From Lama glama (lineage: Eukaryota), in contig CM052816.1 of NCBI GenBank assembly GCA_028534125.1, positions 75,642,001 to 75,706,000 on the forward strand: DNA of 64,000 nt. Reading direction: 5' to 3'. Made by a program: the position numbers and the translations under genes. The first letter of the stretch is position 1. Every line of letters begins with the position of its first letter. This document shows, one piece after another, positions 1-13,160 of this stretch. The notes under the pieces are model-generated. The model had not been told where the DNA came from. It saw only the letters and a program-made list of their open reading frames with translations, and made no database searches.

Positions 1-1000
1 GAATGAGACAGCAATATTTGAGGACAAAGGTCAAGAATTTTCTAAATTTGACAAAAGACATTAAAGCACAGGGTCAAGAGTGCCTTGACTATCAACTATG
101 ATAAAGACCAAAAAAATCACCTCTAGGCACACCAGAGCAGAGCTGCTTCTGAAAAACAAAGACAAACAACAAATTGACAAAAGCAGCCACACAGAAAAGA
201 TATGGCTTCCAAAGGAGAAACAGTAAACCTGAGAGCTGACTTCTCACCAGAAAACAATGAAGTAAGAAGGCAGTGCGATAAAATCTTTACAGGGTTTAAA
301 GAAATCAACTGCTAACCTAGAATTTCTATTCCTGTAAAAAATATCCTTCAAAAGTAAAGATAAAGTAAGAATATTTTTAGATGAACAAAAACTGGAACAA
401 TTTTTCACCACTAGGTTCACAAGAAAGGAAAACAAGTTCTTCAAGCAGAAGTATCTTTGAAAGCAATCTTTTCAAAGAACCAACTTTTGGCTTTATTACT
501 CCCAGCTAGGGAATATTTATATTCTATTTCAGCAATTTCTTCTCAAGGACTCCAGGGCCGAGAGGCAGAGAGACAGAGAGACAGACAGAGACAGAACAAG
601 AAAAGGCCTTACAAATCAATAAGAAAAAAGACAGACAAACCAACAGAAAAAATGCCTCCAAAATTGGATAGCCACTTCACATACACAGAAAAAAATCCAA
701 ATGACCAGTAAATACAGGGTTAACATCATTAGTCATCAGAGGAAATACAAATTTAAAAATACAGATTAGAAAATAAGATATCACTACACACTCGCCAGTA
801 TATCTAAAAATTTTAAAGATAGATGATATCAAGTATAGGTGAGAATACAGAGCAACTTCGAATTCTCAGATCCTGGTAGGGATGCAAATTGGTACAACCA
901 CTTGGAAGACTGGTGGCATCTATCAAGCCTAATGATTCAGAAATTTCGCTAACAGGTACGTATCTCAGAGAAAAAATGTACATGTGCAGTACGGCTTTCC
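1..1000 (+). mobile_element. Old L1 (L1M) ORF1 and 3' fragments in C7 intron 14
   Basis: agctgacttctcaccagaaaacaatg...aacctagaatttctattcc...atccttcaaaa (ORF1 C-terminal); gggatgcaaattggtacaaccacttggaa (ORF2 end). Confidence 0.7.
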
Positions 1001-1516
1001 TCACAGAGCACAGACCAACTGGCACAGGAAAAATACATCCCTGTAGCTCTGTCTATCCATCTGCTGAACAATCTTACGTTGTAACACCTGGGATGGAAGC
1101 CAGAGAATTGAGTTAGGGTGGAACAACATGCAGAAGCACTTACTCAGATGCCTACATCTGAACAGAAAAGCATCCAAAGCATTTAAGGAAGGAGATTGTG
1201 GTAAATCCCCAGTAATTGAACTCTAAAGACTGTCCTGATGGTCTTAGCCAGAACTCAGCTCCCTGACCTATTCTAAGTTGCAGCAGAAACTTTAAAATTG
1301 CCATAAAATGTGCCTTACCTAACAGAAGCACCATCAACTAGAGAAATCTGAGGGTTTTTTCCAAAGCATTCCTGAAACTTGGACAGGATTGTATGAGCCT
1401 TTCAGGAAAAGGAAATCGAGACATACGGAGAGTGGTTATCTATCCTGATTCATTCGCTTCCACGTTATCTTTTCATCTTTCATCTTAAGTTAGATTCTAT
1501 ATCCAAGGCCACTCAC

Positions 1517-1649
1517 TCTGACAATGCATTTCCCCAACCAGCCACTGTAAATTTTCTCCACATCTGGCAACAGGGTCTCCAACAAGAGAGTATCCTTCAT
1601 TGCAAGTATATACTATGTCTTTCCCAACAGGAAACATGGCACCTTCATC
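1517..1649 (-). CDS. C7: C7 exon 14 (CCP/sushi 1); gene continues past the left edge
   Basis: ttag|GAT GAA...CAG A|gtgag; 133 nt; [44 protein letters not shown]. Confidence 0.97.
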
Positions 1650-3039
1650 CTAAACAGAAATAGAAGATGGAGAGAGGAAGAATATGTCCATTTTGCATTA
1701 ACAAAATGTTTCTTTAGATATACTTGGCCCATAAATTATGACTTATTTCATCATCAGGCAACCTACATTCAAGTAACCCATTTTGAAAATTGTAAAATTA
1801 TTTTTCCCTGTAGAATCCTAGCCAACAACACTGGTACCACCATTAACTGAAATCAAGTTATTAATGCCATTGTACTAGAATTTTTTGATTGCTCCCCAAA
1901 CACCAAGCACTGACCTAAATATTTTATTAAAATTATTTTAGTGGGTACTGTCCAAGTAAATTTTTTCACTGATATTTTCAGGCAAGACTGTTATATTTTG
2001 AAAATATCCTTGTCAGTCAACTCTTCATAGTACTCATAGTAAGATGTTATGGGCTGTTCATTGACAATATTGCCCAATAAATGCTGCTATGAACAGGCAG
2101 ACATATTCGAATTCTTTAATTGTGTTCATGAAAGTTTAAGTTCCTCACTGATGACTTTTAGAGGAAGCACAGTGTTGTTGTTCGCCCCTCACTCTCCCCA
2201 GCCCCATCCTGTAAGGGACGTGCCTCTATAGCTGGGTCAGATTCAAGGACCTGTCACTAGCCTGTAATGCCAGGAGGTAAGACTCACAGTGAAGCAAGGA
2301 AGAATTTGAAGGCTGAGCCTTGGGGGAGTACTCATGCTCATTTGTTGTCTCTTTTGGTTCCTTTCCTTATCCTTCTAGGTCCCTGCGACTTCAGGGCTTG
2401 GTGAAGAAAACTGGCCCAGGAGAGGGCACGGAGCTGGACCAGCTCTGCTCTAGGCATTAGGACAAAATTCTGTGGTGTCTTCTTCTTCTCACAGTCCAGT
2501 CTAGCTCCCCCTGGCCCAGTCTGGCTCTGCCATGGTAGTTGGTAGGAAACAGGAGGTCAAGGGTGGTGTTGAGGTTTGAAGAAAACGGGGAAAGATACTT
2601 GATCTGCTTTGGTTCTAGCCCCTAGCCTTTCCTCTGCTTGCATAGGGACTTCTATATGGGAAAGTCTAACTCAGCAGTGTCTAAACCTGGCCAGCTTTGT
2701 CAGAACTACCAGTAACAACTGAAAAAAAAAAAAGGCTCTACCCCAAACCCACAGAATGAGGGGGAGAAAAAAAGGAGAACAAGGGGCAAGCCACAATCTA
2801 TTAAGTTCCCCAGGTGCCTCTATGCAGCCAGTCCACGAGACAGTGTTTGGAATCCCCAGCTCCTTACAGGACATCACCTGCGCTGGAGTTTAAGACAGCA
2901 GCTCCATGATCTGCTGAAGTATGAGTTTGCTTGGCCTCATTCTACAAGAGTGTTTCCTTGAGGAAGTTCCTGGATTGTGGTGACTGTAGTGGGACAGTGT
3001 GAGTTTTAGCGATGCTAAGTTCATTCTCTCTCTCTCTCC

Positions 3040-3041
<2 letters not shown>

Positions 3042-3077
<36 letters not shown>
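3042..3077. repeat. (AC)n microsatellite preceded by (TC)n
   Basis: Uninterrupted acacac run of about 18 units. Confidence 0.95.
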
Positions 3078-3079
<2 letters not shown>

Positions 3080-3797
3080 CTACATCTTCCAGCTCCCAAC
3101 TGTACCTACATTTGGGGAAACTTTAGCAAATGCTTACTGAGTATATGTTCAAGGGCCTGGAATCTGAAAGGCAAAATCCTTCCTGCAGAAAGCAAGGCTG
3201 GTGGCAACAAGAGAATGACGAAAAATAGCTCCTATGTGAGCCATGAGGGGACTTACTGGGGTTTAGAACCAAAGCCTCATCATAACAGGGAGTGGGAAGA
3301 GTACGAATTAATATGACCCCCAAAGACAAGAAAATTCCCCAGAATTACAAGTGGCAGATGACTTGTGTTCCTTCATGAACAAGAAAATTGCTCAAAGTAC
3401 AATGACCCACATCTCACCAGACACGGACTGAGAGTCTTACTGGCTCCTGGAATAAACCTAATGCTTCACCCAACTCCCATATTTATGAAAAATTTTAAAA
3501 GGTTTCTTTCAGTGGAAAGAATAGGGAACATTCTCTATGAAGAACTTGCTTCTAGATTCTTATTTTAGTGTTCAGGATGGGAATAGTTTAGCAGCCCTCT
3601 GGCATGATAACATTTCTAATTCATTGGGTGATGATATTGATTTCCCTTACCACAGGAGATGTACTGCATTCTGCAGAATTCTAATCACCTCGAGCCAAAG
3701 AGGAAAAGTCACAGACTAAAACCCTTACCACTAAAACTAAGATGCACACATAAAATGTTTTTAGCACCATTTCATCGTGGAACAAGGAAATAGATTA

Positions 3798-4010
<213 letters not shown>

Positions 4011-4384
4011 TTAATAAACATTTTACACCACAGTGACCTTTTCATTTGCCTCTGAAAGGACTTCATTCGTGTAAGTACATTAATGTGCTATTTTTGTCAT
4101 TCTCAGAACCAAATATCTGATCACACCCTGGGATAGAAAGCACAGACATAAACGCAAGCTTCCAAAAACTAACTAATAGATCAGTAGTATGGAAAACAGA
4201 AAGAAAAGAAAGAGAAAAAGAAGACACTGGACAACACACGTGCTTTATGTGATATCTAGACATCACCTATTTCACACCTACTTTATCTCCTGTTGTTTGG
4301 CTCTTAAATACCTTTAACACAGAATTCATTCTGTACTGAAAATAAGGTTGAGATCGTGATCCTGCAAGAGAGGTAACAAAATGA

Positions 4385-4590
4385 TAACTACTTTTGACCG
4401 AGCGCTCACTGTGTGCTAGGCTCCGTGGCAGTTGGTCTACTAATGTGCTCAGTTCACACTCACAGTACACTGTGAGGTATGTGGAGAAAGGCTCGGAAAG
4501 TTTCAATAACTAGCCCGAAGTTACAGAGTAAAAACTATCAGGGCTGGATTCACATCTAGTCAGTTAGGCTCCTAAAATCACGCTCTTTCT
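4385..4590 (-). mobile_element. MIR (others at about 5785-5985, 13320-13520, 21380-21600, 40550-40740)
   Basis: gagcgctcactgtgtgctagg...taactagcccgaagttacag; MIR core motifs in the other copies. Confidence 0.65.
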
Positions 4591-5129
4591 GCCTCTCACA
4601 CGGCAGTCCCTGGGGGCGCTCACAATAGTCACAGTGATGACTTCCTTCGTTAAACAGTGGTTTTCAATAGTCCCTCTGAGGTCAGTGTACCACCGGTAGT
4701 ATCTCTACTCCAGAGACTCGAAATCTGAGGGAGAGAATCACAAATAGCCTGTGACTGTTGCCTTCTTCTGAGCTGGGCTCCTCCTAGTCTTGACACACTG
4801 AGGAAACTCAGAAATGTGAAGTATTAAGCGTAATTGTCCTTTTTGTACTCAGGGAGAAGTGGATATTTCCTCTCTTTGGAACACCAAGAAGGATGAGAAT
4901 TGGTTCAATGCTTTCCTTAGGATGCTCCTGTCCTTCTCCTTCCAGCTTTATGTGTAAAGGAAAAGGAAATATGCCCACATGGGCAGAGGTCTCCTCAGGG
5001 ACCCTCATCTTCCAACAGATTCGTCCCTGAAGGCAGCATTCTCCACCCACCATAATCTCATGTTTGCCAGCTTCCTCAGTTAAGAAACAGTTTATTCAAT
5101 TTCTTACAATGAGCTGTAATTGAAAAAAA

Positions 5130-5280
5130 TCGGAAAATACGTGTATTTATATATATATGTATACATATATACGTATATATGTATGTCTGTATATGTATAA
5201 CTGAATCACTTTGCTATACACCTGAAACTAACATTATAAATCAACTACATTTCAATAAAAAATAAGAATTTAAAAAGAAC
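5130..5280 (+). mobile_element. Young L1 3' end
   Basis: tatgtataactgaatcactttgctatacacctgaaactaac...aactacatttcaataaaa; near-identical motif at 44910-44980. Confidence 0.75.
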
Positions 5281-6230
5281 CCTATTAATCGGAAAGAAAA
5301 CAATAAACATATTAAAAGAAAAGAATTATTAAAAACAAAACAGCCTATCAATAAAATCACACTACATGAATTGTAAAAAAGAGAGAGGGAGAGAGATACT
5401 GTTTATTGTTGGATTATGAGGCACCAAAGACCTAGGAATAAGGCATCCCACCTCCCTAGACCAGACACCCAACCATCTTACATCTCTCTTCAACTCACAT
5501 GACCTTCAAGTTATCTTCCCAGAGTTTGTGACAACCCGTAAATCAGAGAGGGTTACAAGGACAACGTAAGACAGTGGGGTGTGGATTAAGAACTCTTACT
5601 CAGGGGTATGGTTCAGCAATTAAGCATTTTTGAAGATAGCTTTTACAAGATCCTGATGAATGGGAAGGCGGTGTCAGCCAGCTGGGCTAAGCAGTGAAGA
5701 TGTTAGCCTCTCAAATTTGCACTTTATGCTTAGTCCAAAATAAATAAATAAGAGGGAATGGTGTGTCTGAAGTCACACAACCACAACTGAACGCCTGCTA
5801 CGTGCCAGGCACTGTACTAACCATCTTATACTCTTAACCTCAGACAATATCCTATCATCATTGTGTCTACCATTTTTATCCTTATTTTTGAGGTGTGGCA
5901 AGTAACTTGCCCAAGGTCACGAAGTAAGTAAGTGGCAGATCTGCTTGATGCCAAGGCTGCTGCTCACATCCACTAAGCCAGAAGGCCCTCCCCCCCCCAG
6001 TTCCCCAGCCTTTTGTTAACACCCACATCAGGAAAACTGGAAGCACACAAGTGCAAACTGGCTGCGGCATGTCCGTCCCCTGTAACTGAACCCAGTGCTA
6101 AGGGCAAAGTACTCACTAATAAAACCATGATTAAGGTTTAAATCTTTCAATGGCAGCAGGTGTGTACTCCAAGCTTACTGCAGAGGGCACTGTGTTTGAT
6201 GTAGCTGCCAGGAGGTCTCGTCTCAATTAC

Positions 6231-6402
6231 CGAAAATGCTCCAGCTCCTCATCTTCGCATTGCCTGCTTTCTGATGTTTCTCCAATACAGGATTTCCCTC
6301 CCCTACTGGGAGGTGGGTTATTGCATTCTCGGCGCCTTGTTTTCTTCCCCTGAACACAGGGGCCCCAAGAGGACCAGCAACTCCAACCTCCGTCAACTCC
6401 TC
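6231..6402 (-). CDS. C7: C7 exon 12 (second TSP1)
   Basis: acag|GA GGA GTT...TTT CG|gtaat; 172 nt; [56 protein letters not shown]; WxxWxxW motif. Confidence 0.97.
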
Positions 6403-6697
6403 CTGTGAATAAGGGAGAGGTTGTTCAGAAAGTAAGGAGAGGAAGATTTCAGAGCTTAGTGCTAAGCTTCCTGCCCATGTGGTTGCTGGTGGAGGGGACC
6501 ATCTGGGGTTTATTACCATCCCTCTGTTCACTGAGGTCTTCTACAATGGCCAGAATGTCTCTGCACACCGACTAGGATCGTCAATAGCAAGGCAGGATTA
6601 ATGAACTTCTTGCAGTAATATCTTAAATTTGTTTATTATTTTACAATCAAAGTACTTTCACATGCATTTTTTCATTCATTTACTTCTCACAAGAACT

Positions 6698-6839
6698 GGG
6701 GGGAGGATGTAGCTCAGTGGTAGAGTGAGTGCGTGTGTGCTTAGTATGCACAAGATCCTGGGTTCAATCCCCAGCACCTCCACTAAAACAAACAAACAAA
6801 CCTAATTACCTCCTCCTCCCCCCCACCAAAAAAAAAAAA
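6698..6839 (+). mobile_element. tRNA-derived SINE (camelid Vic-1-like)
   Basis: A box tagctcagtgg, B box ggttcaatccc, (AAAC)n, cctaattacct, poly(A). Confidence 0.88.
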
Positions 6840-8423
6840 TGAATGGAGGTGGGCAAGAGATCTGTTAACATTCTCTTCAGAAAGGCATGGAATCTAAGAC
6901 AAAGTGGTTAAATGCCCAGTGCTGGACGGCCACATCCAGACCACGACTCAGTCTTACGGCTGAGTCCAGGCTCTTCTCATTACCCACTGCCTCTCGATAA
7001 GACAAGTAAGTTCCTATTGGTAAAGCAGTCATTGGGCATGAGAAGAACATAATCTATTGGGTACTCCAGGCTGTCAACCCCAGGGCTGATGCTGCACAAA
7101 GTGAGGAAATGTGTAAGCAGGAGACATGCTTCTACCTCCTGTCAGCATCCTTCTCCAATCTACAGACACCTCTTCAAACCACCCTGGCCAACTTCCTCCT
7201 CAGGGCTGATTCATGATGAACACAGTTGTTTCTTTGAATATTTTACCCATCATATTCCTTGGAGGAGGCAAGAGAGAACTTGCAGCATATTCTAAGAGCT
7301 TTGCATTCCTAGTTAGAAACTTATCTCAGAAACCATTTCCCCAGAGCATTATTTCCTGATAATAGACGGCTGTGTTTACGGCTCCTTAGCTCTTTCGGCT
7401 GTGTGACCTACATCCCTCTTCCCCCCATTCCCTCCACGCCCATTCCTCAGTATCACACACAGCAAAATAAAAATAATGTGTGTAATGTTTTCCCATGATC
7501 TTCCTTAGCCTTTCTTCTGCAATTAGAAACTGAGTTAATAAAGTAGTCCCCTATGAATATTAATAGTACTTAATAACAGCGTTTGATGTATTATGAGTGC
7601 TACTCCATTCCTTACCAGCAGGGGGAGCTTCGCTTTTATCAAAGAGCTGTAAATCCAAACCACAAAGGAATTAAGCAGAGTGGTGGCATTTCAATTTACC
7701 AGTACAGGCCACTTGGGGAGATATTTGGAGGCAGGGATGCCTTTCTGCTTGTCTATAGGCAACCATAGTTTAATCATGTACTTATTCATTTATCAAACAT
7801 TTATTGACTTCTATGAATCAAGCCCTATGCCAGGCTCTGGAAATAAAGGAATCAGTCTTGACCTTAATAAATGAGCTTTCTAGAGGAGAGAGACGTATCA
7901 ATAAATATAAAAATAAATATACATAAATCATCCCCTACTTTGCCTACTCATAAAGTCAACTTCACATGATAAGTACTTAAAGCACCAAGTGCACTGAGCA
8001 CACAGCCGTCATTCAACAAATACTTGTGAACGGTTGGTTGATGGGACATAATACAAAATAGAAATAGAGGTGCTTCCAAGAGCTTGCCACCAGAAAGGTT
8101 AGTGACTGCTAACACAAGCTCCGTAAACCTAAGTTATGACAAAACCTTAAAAAGATGACTAGGGAAGGATGGAGGTCCTTTAGGCATAAATCTATTCTAA
8201 GGGAGAGTGAAGAGTAGAAGGCATGGTGGGTCTGTTAGTTCAGATGGGAAAATAGACAGCAAATCGCCCTGACCCCAGTAGCTATGATCCAGAGGTGGTG
8301 TAGGGAAGGTGATACTAAATTCAAAGCCTGATGATATTCCACCTCTTCATACACAAAGAAGCACAATCTCAGGTGCCCTTTTCAATGTGTCCAGCATAAC
8401 CAGAGGAAATGCAGTACACTGAC

Positions 8424-8652
8424 CTGCGTGATTCCCTGCGAGGGCTCCGTGCTCACACGCCACACCAAATGTGTATGGTTTGCAGTGGCACTGACACTGG
8501 GTCCCCTCCACAGTGGCTATGCCACCGTTTTGACAAGGCCGGCAATGGCAGGGGTCAAATTCATCCAGATACTCCTCCATGGCCCGTTTCAGGTATAGCC
8601 TTTTCACAGAGGCACAGGGAACTTCCTTTACCAGCTCGTATAAAGGTGTCAG
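8424..8652 (-). CDS. C7: C7 exon 11 (MACPF end + EGF-like)
   Basis: gtag|CTG ACA...GCA G|gtcag; 229 nt; [44 protein letters not shown]... Confidence 0.98.
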
Positions 8653-9813
8653 CTACACAGATAAAGACATCACGGTCAGTAATCAGGGTTTTAGGCGAGA
8701 ATACGTTCAGCATTTTGACTCAATCCTCATTTAAAGAAAGCCACTCTTACATTAATTTCAATTATTTCTTGTTCAAATAAAAAAGAGAAAGCAATTCACT
8801 TTCTTTACTAGATAAATCTAGGGTAAATTAAGACCATACAGGGAAGGAATTTTTTTTTTTTTGGTATCTTGTGTGGATCATTAAAATTTTAAAAAACCAA
8901 CAGGACATTCATTTTCATTATTGAAAGATTATTTGCAGGAGAATACATTTCCACCCCTGCAGAGGACAAAAGAAAAGGAAATGCACTTAAATTACAGTGA
9001 AGAAGCAAGAGCAATTGAACTTAAGATTAAATATCTTGACTCTGAGATACTTAACATGTCTCTCCAGTGGACACTACGACTCTTTCTCCCTGAAGAAACT
9101 GAAAACAGGTAGGCGTTATTGCTCCGTGTTGGACAGGTCTGATGAAGATTAACTTCTAGTCCAGAGATGTGCTGGCTAAGCTCTAACAATTTGCTTTCCC
9201 AGGAACCAAAAGGCTCTGATTTGTAGCCTTTTCCAATTCCTGGGCGTAACTACTCTCACCCTAGCCAGTTTCGGGCTCAGTTTCAGACTAGCACCATGCT
9301 AACACCGAGCATGAAGTTGGGAAGAGATGAGCACCATTGGCTGGAGAGACAGTCCGTAGGAGCTGGCTGGAGCACACCATTGCCCTCTGTCTCTGCCCAA
9401 GCTCTTCTGAACTGAAGGGCCTTGTGAGGTCATCCACCTGCAAAATGTCTCTTCTTTCTCCGTCCCTTTCTTGTCCAGCTAGTAAGCCAGCACTGCTATG
9501 ATAGTTACAGTCCTCTGCTGGAAAGCGCATAGTTGAGAATGGAAAAGAACATGTTTCTCAACAGTTTAGGATTTTTGAAGATTTGTATGAGATACAATGA
9601 AAAATAGGTCACTTTGAATATTAATGGATGACACGCTAAGATAAGACTTCCCAGGAAAAACCCCCTCCCACGTTCACCCTTACTGGGAGGCAAATGTGTT
9701 TAATATATTGTTAGGACGGTCCTTGAGGAGCTATCGTGATTTTTGTATTTATAAGTGTGTCCAAGTTTCTTAATCTCAAAAAGCAAGTGTCATCTGGAAC
9801 ATTGCCTGACTTC

Positions 9814-10313
9814 TGTCGACTGAAATAAATGCACAACCTAAAAGTTCAGAATTATGTTTTATTTGGCAAACATTTCTGAGGACTCGAACCCCTTTGAGCC
9901 TGAGATGACAGCCTCTCAGATTGCTCTGAGGGACTGCTCCAAAGAGATAGGGGAGGAGCCAGGATACAAAGGAGCTATACAACAAAGACCAGGTAGTTGG
10001 AACATTACAAGATTACTTGTTAACTGAAGAAAACAAGGCATCTCAAGTTAAGAAGAATTTAGTGCTTTTCTATGTATAGGAGGAAGCAAACATTTGGGCT
10101 CATTGAATTCATTCCTTTGACAAGCACTTAGCTATCTAGGGCCAGTATCCTGCTCTTTCTTATTCTAAGTCCCCTCAGGGTGCACCATTGTGAGTGGCTG
10201 CAGAGGCCTGGCTGCAGGCTTGTCTTCCCTGAGGGGTGGCAGCAGCCGCTGATGACTTGATGGATTCAGTGTTCTTTGTTTACACATACGGTTTGCAGTA
10301 TTTTTCATTCACA
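9814..10313 (-). mobile_element. Solo ERV1 LTR (MER41-like) in C7 intron 10
   Basis: 500 bp, TG...CA ends, flanks cttc/attc, AATAAA on the minus strand near 9857; family name from recall. Confidence 0.75.
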
Positions 10314-10338
10314 ATTCCATGGCAGACAATAAGTCAAA

Positions 10339-10992
10339 GAATCACTTCTGCTCTATCATTTGTTTTGAAACTGTGAGTTTGTTCCATTTAGATTGATATA
10401 TTAGGGAATAAAATAAGCATATCACAAACTTTGTGGGGTTTTATGTACAGTTTTGTCCACAAGGAACACCAGATGAACACAGAAAACTGCATACAACTGA
10501 ACCAAGCTGCAGAGGGATACACAAAACGCGCGCACATATGCACACACCTCAAAAATCCACCTAGCTCGCTGCCTGTATTGTAAATTACACCCATGTACGA
10601 ATGGTTTTACAACCGCCTGTCATTTCTGATACCTCTCCTCCTACTACTTTACAATAATTCACAAGCTTCAGTTCTTTTTCTAGGTAATGTGCCACATTTA
10701 TTGTAGTATATGCATTTCTGAACAACTTAACATACATAAAACTGCTACTGTTTTTATTGGTGCCTTTTCTAACACCTTTATTGTGATATGATCCCCCCAA
10801 TTCTTTTTTTTAATTGAAGTACAGTCAGGTGCCTCTTTTTTTTTTTTTTAATGAGTGTCACAGAACAAGTTTTTGACTGTTGTGTTCCTAACTACATTTT
10901 TCCCGTAAGCTCTGTGGTATTCATTGTGCAATTTTTCTTAGCTCTCTGGTTTTTAGGAACACATATGTTGTGCTATAAAAGAACTAATTGTA
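10339..10992. mobile_element. TcMar-Tigger-like non-autonomous DNA transposon (old)
   Basis: Degenerate terminal inverted repeats (gaatcacttctgctct / ataaaagaactaattg) ending in TA. Confidence 0.5.
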
Positions 10993-11456
10993 CCAATAAA
11001 ACATTCTAAAATTCTGCCAGCCAAATTGGTTCTCTTAATTTGCATGACTCCAGGAGTCTACCAGCTGTGGCCACAGGAAGAAAGGTGATCTGATAAATAT
11101 AACACTGGGCAAACCTAAATACCTTCCTCTTGCAAGAATCTGTAACTCCTCTGAATCTGGGACCAAGGAACACATGATGAAATTTTAGTTAAAAGCTTGA
11201 GATGCAAATTTTATCTTCAATTTCTCTTGGGATTTGCAAGACATTTAACCTTTACAATGGAAATATGGACATACAAGATAACAAACCTTCTGTTTCCTAT
11301 TACGTATGCATTCATTTTACTATACAAAACATAATTGGGATAAGAAAATGCTAATTACAGCCTTCTCTGTTTAACCACCTTGATTTAATCTTGTTTTCCC
11401 AGTGCAAATAAACATGATTGCTTTCTGGTGCTTTCAACAGAGCATCCATCACATAC

Positions 11457-11623
11457 CTTTTGTTTTATGACTTGGGGAAGATCAGTCACTGAGCCTGCCC
11501 AGGAAGAATAGCGCTGTTTATTTCCAGCAGGATTGTCCAGCTCCAGGTAACTAAGGCCAGACACGAGGCCAGACCGTCCCCCAAGGACAAATGGTTTCCC
11601 TCGCAACACATTGCCTTGGGTTT
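11457..11623 (-). CDS. C7: C7 exon 10 (MACPF)
   Basis: gtag|AA ACC...CAA AAG|gtatg; 167 nt; [56 protein letters not shown]. Confidence 0.97.
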
Positions 11624-11719
11624 CTACTCGAGGAGAAATCAGACGAATTAAGTCAGGATGTACAAATGAAATGAAAATGAGAAAATGAAAGTGAAAGTCA
11701 GGCAAGTATTTCAACACAA

Positions 11720-12140
11720 CCCATCAAACTGTACAACATCCTGGAAAAGGCGAAACTATGGAGACAGTAAAAATAACCTGTGGTTACCAGGAAAGAGGAT
11801 GGGAGAAATTTGGGGGATTTTTTAGTGAATTTTTAGAGGATTTTTTTAGGGCAGTGAAATTGTTCCATATAATACTGTAATGGATCATGTCATTAAGCAT
11901 TTGTCCAAACCCACAGAATCTACAACACCAAGAGTGAACCTTCATGTAAACTATGGACTCTGAGTGATTATTATGCGTCAATGTAAGTTCATCAGTTGTA
12001 GCAGATGGACCACTGTGGCACTGGAGGCTAATAGCAGAGGAGGCTGTATGCACAGGGATGGCAGGTATACAGGAACCCTCTGTACCTTTTGCTCAGTTAT
12101 ACTGTGAGCCTAAAACTACTCTAAAAAAATTATCTATTAA
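11720..12140 (+). mobile_element. L1MC 3' UTR fragment
   Basis: aaaaggcgaaactatggagacagtaaaa...aaacccacagaat...aagagtgaacc...cctaaaactactctaaaaa. Confidence 0.75.
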
Positions 12141-12994
12141 AGGAGGAAAGAAAGACACAATAACTACCTGACAGTAAATAATTATTGAGAAATTATTATT
12201 CATATTCTTAATGTTCTTAATGTAATAAGATTATGTTATGTTATACTGTCTTGCTTCTTAGTAGATACATGCATATATTTAGGGATGAAACATCATGATG
12301 CCTGAAATTTATTTCCCAATGGTTCAGCAAATATTATAAATATTTTAAATATATTTTATATAAAGCTAAATAGTCAACATTATAAATATTACATGTAGAT
12401 ACATGCCAAAATGTCAAAATAATAATTGTTACATATAGGAGGTAGATAAATGGGTGTTTATTCCTGTATTCTTTCAATTTTTCTGTATGTTTCAAATTTT
12501 TCACAAGAAAATGTTGGGGGTGGGAGAACTATCAAAAAATATTAAACAGACTGAAAAAAAAAAAGGGAATAGTCAGGGAGGGGGAGTTCACTGTACCTGG
12601 AATACTAACCATAAGCAAAACATGATTAATTAATAGGCATACATTAACACATAAAAAGTGTTCTAAAAGCTCAAATATTAATCAAATCCTTTTTTACATT
12701 AATGTGCCTTATAATTTCAGAAATATTTCATCTCTGTTTGTAGTTGACTTTCATACTGGTCATGATTAGAAATTCCTAGCTTGCTGATCAGATTTGGGGT
12801 GATTTTCATTCCCTTTCTTTTAACCACATTTTGCAATTTCACAAAATTTTGCAAACTCAAATATTATGCTTTTATCATCAGAAACTACTAAAACCTCCTA
12901 TTTTTAATAAATTGCCTGAGTGCTTCCTCATCTTCCTTGCTAGCTATGTTTTTAGTATGCAGACTGTCACTTTTAACTTAGTGAATATCCACGT

Positions 12995-13160
12995 TCAGCC
13001 CCTGAATGACAGGAATCAGAATCACCCAGAGAGACTGCAGATTCCTGAGCCCCTACCAAGACCTAGGAGGAAACAGCTGAGAGAGAAGCCTTGGAATCAG
13101 CATTTGAACAGGCTGCCTCAGGTAGTCCTCATGCATCCCAAAGTCTGAGAATCACCACCT
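12995..13160. mobile_element. MER5-type element
   Basis: atcagaatcaccc...gcagattcctgagccc...tgagaatcacc. Confidence 0.6.

Noticed and set aside
6698..6785. tRNA-like genes (also 23021, 28204, 33150, 52741)
   Set aside because: Poly(A) tails, target-site duplications and degenerate stems show they are SINEs, not tRNA genes
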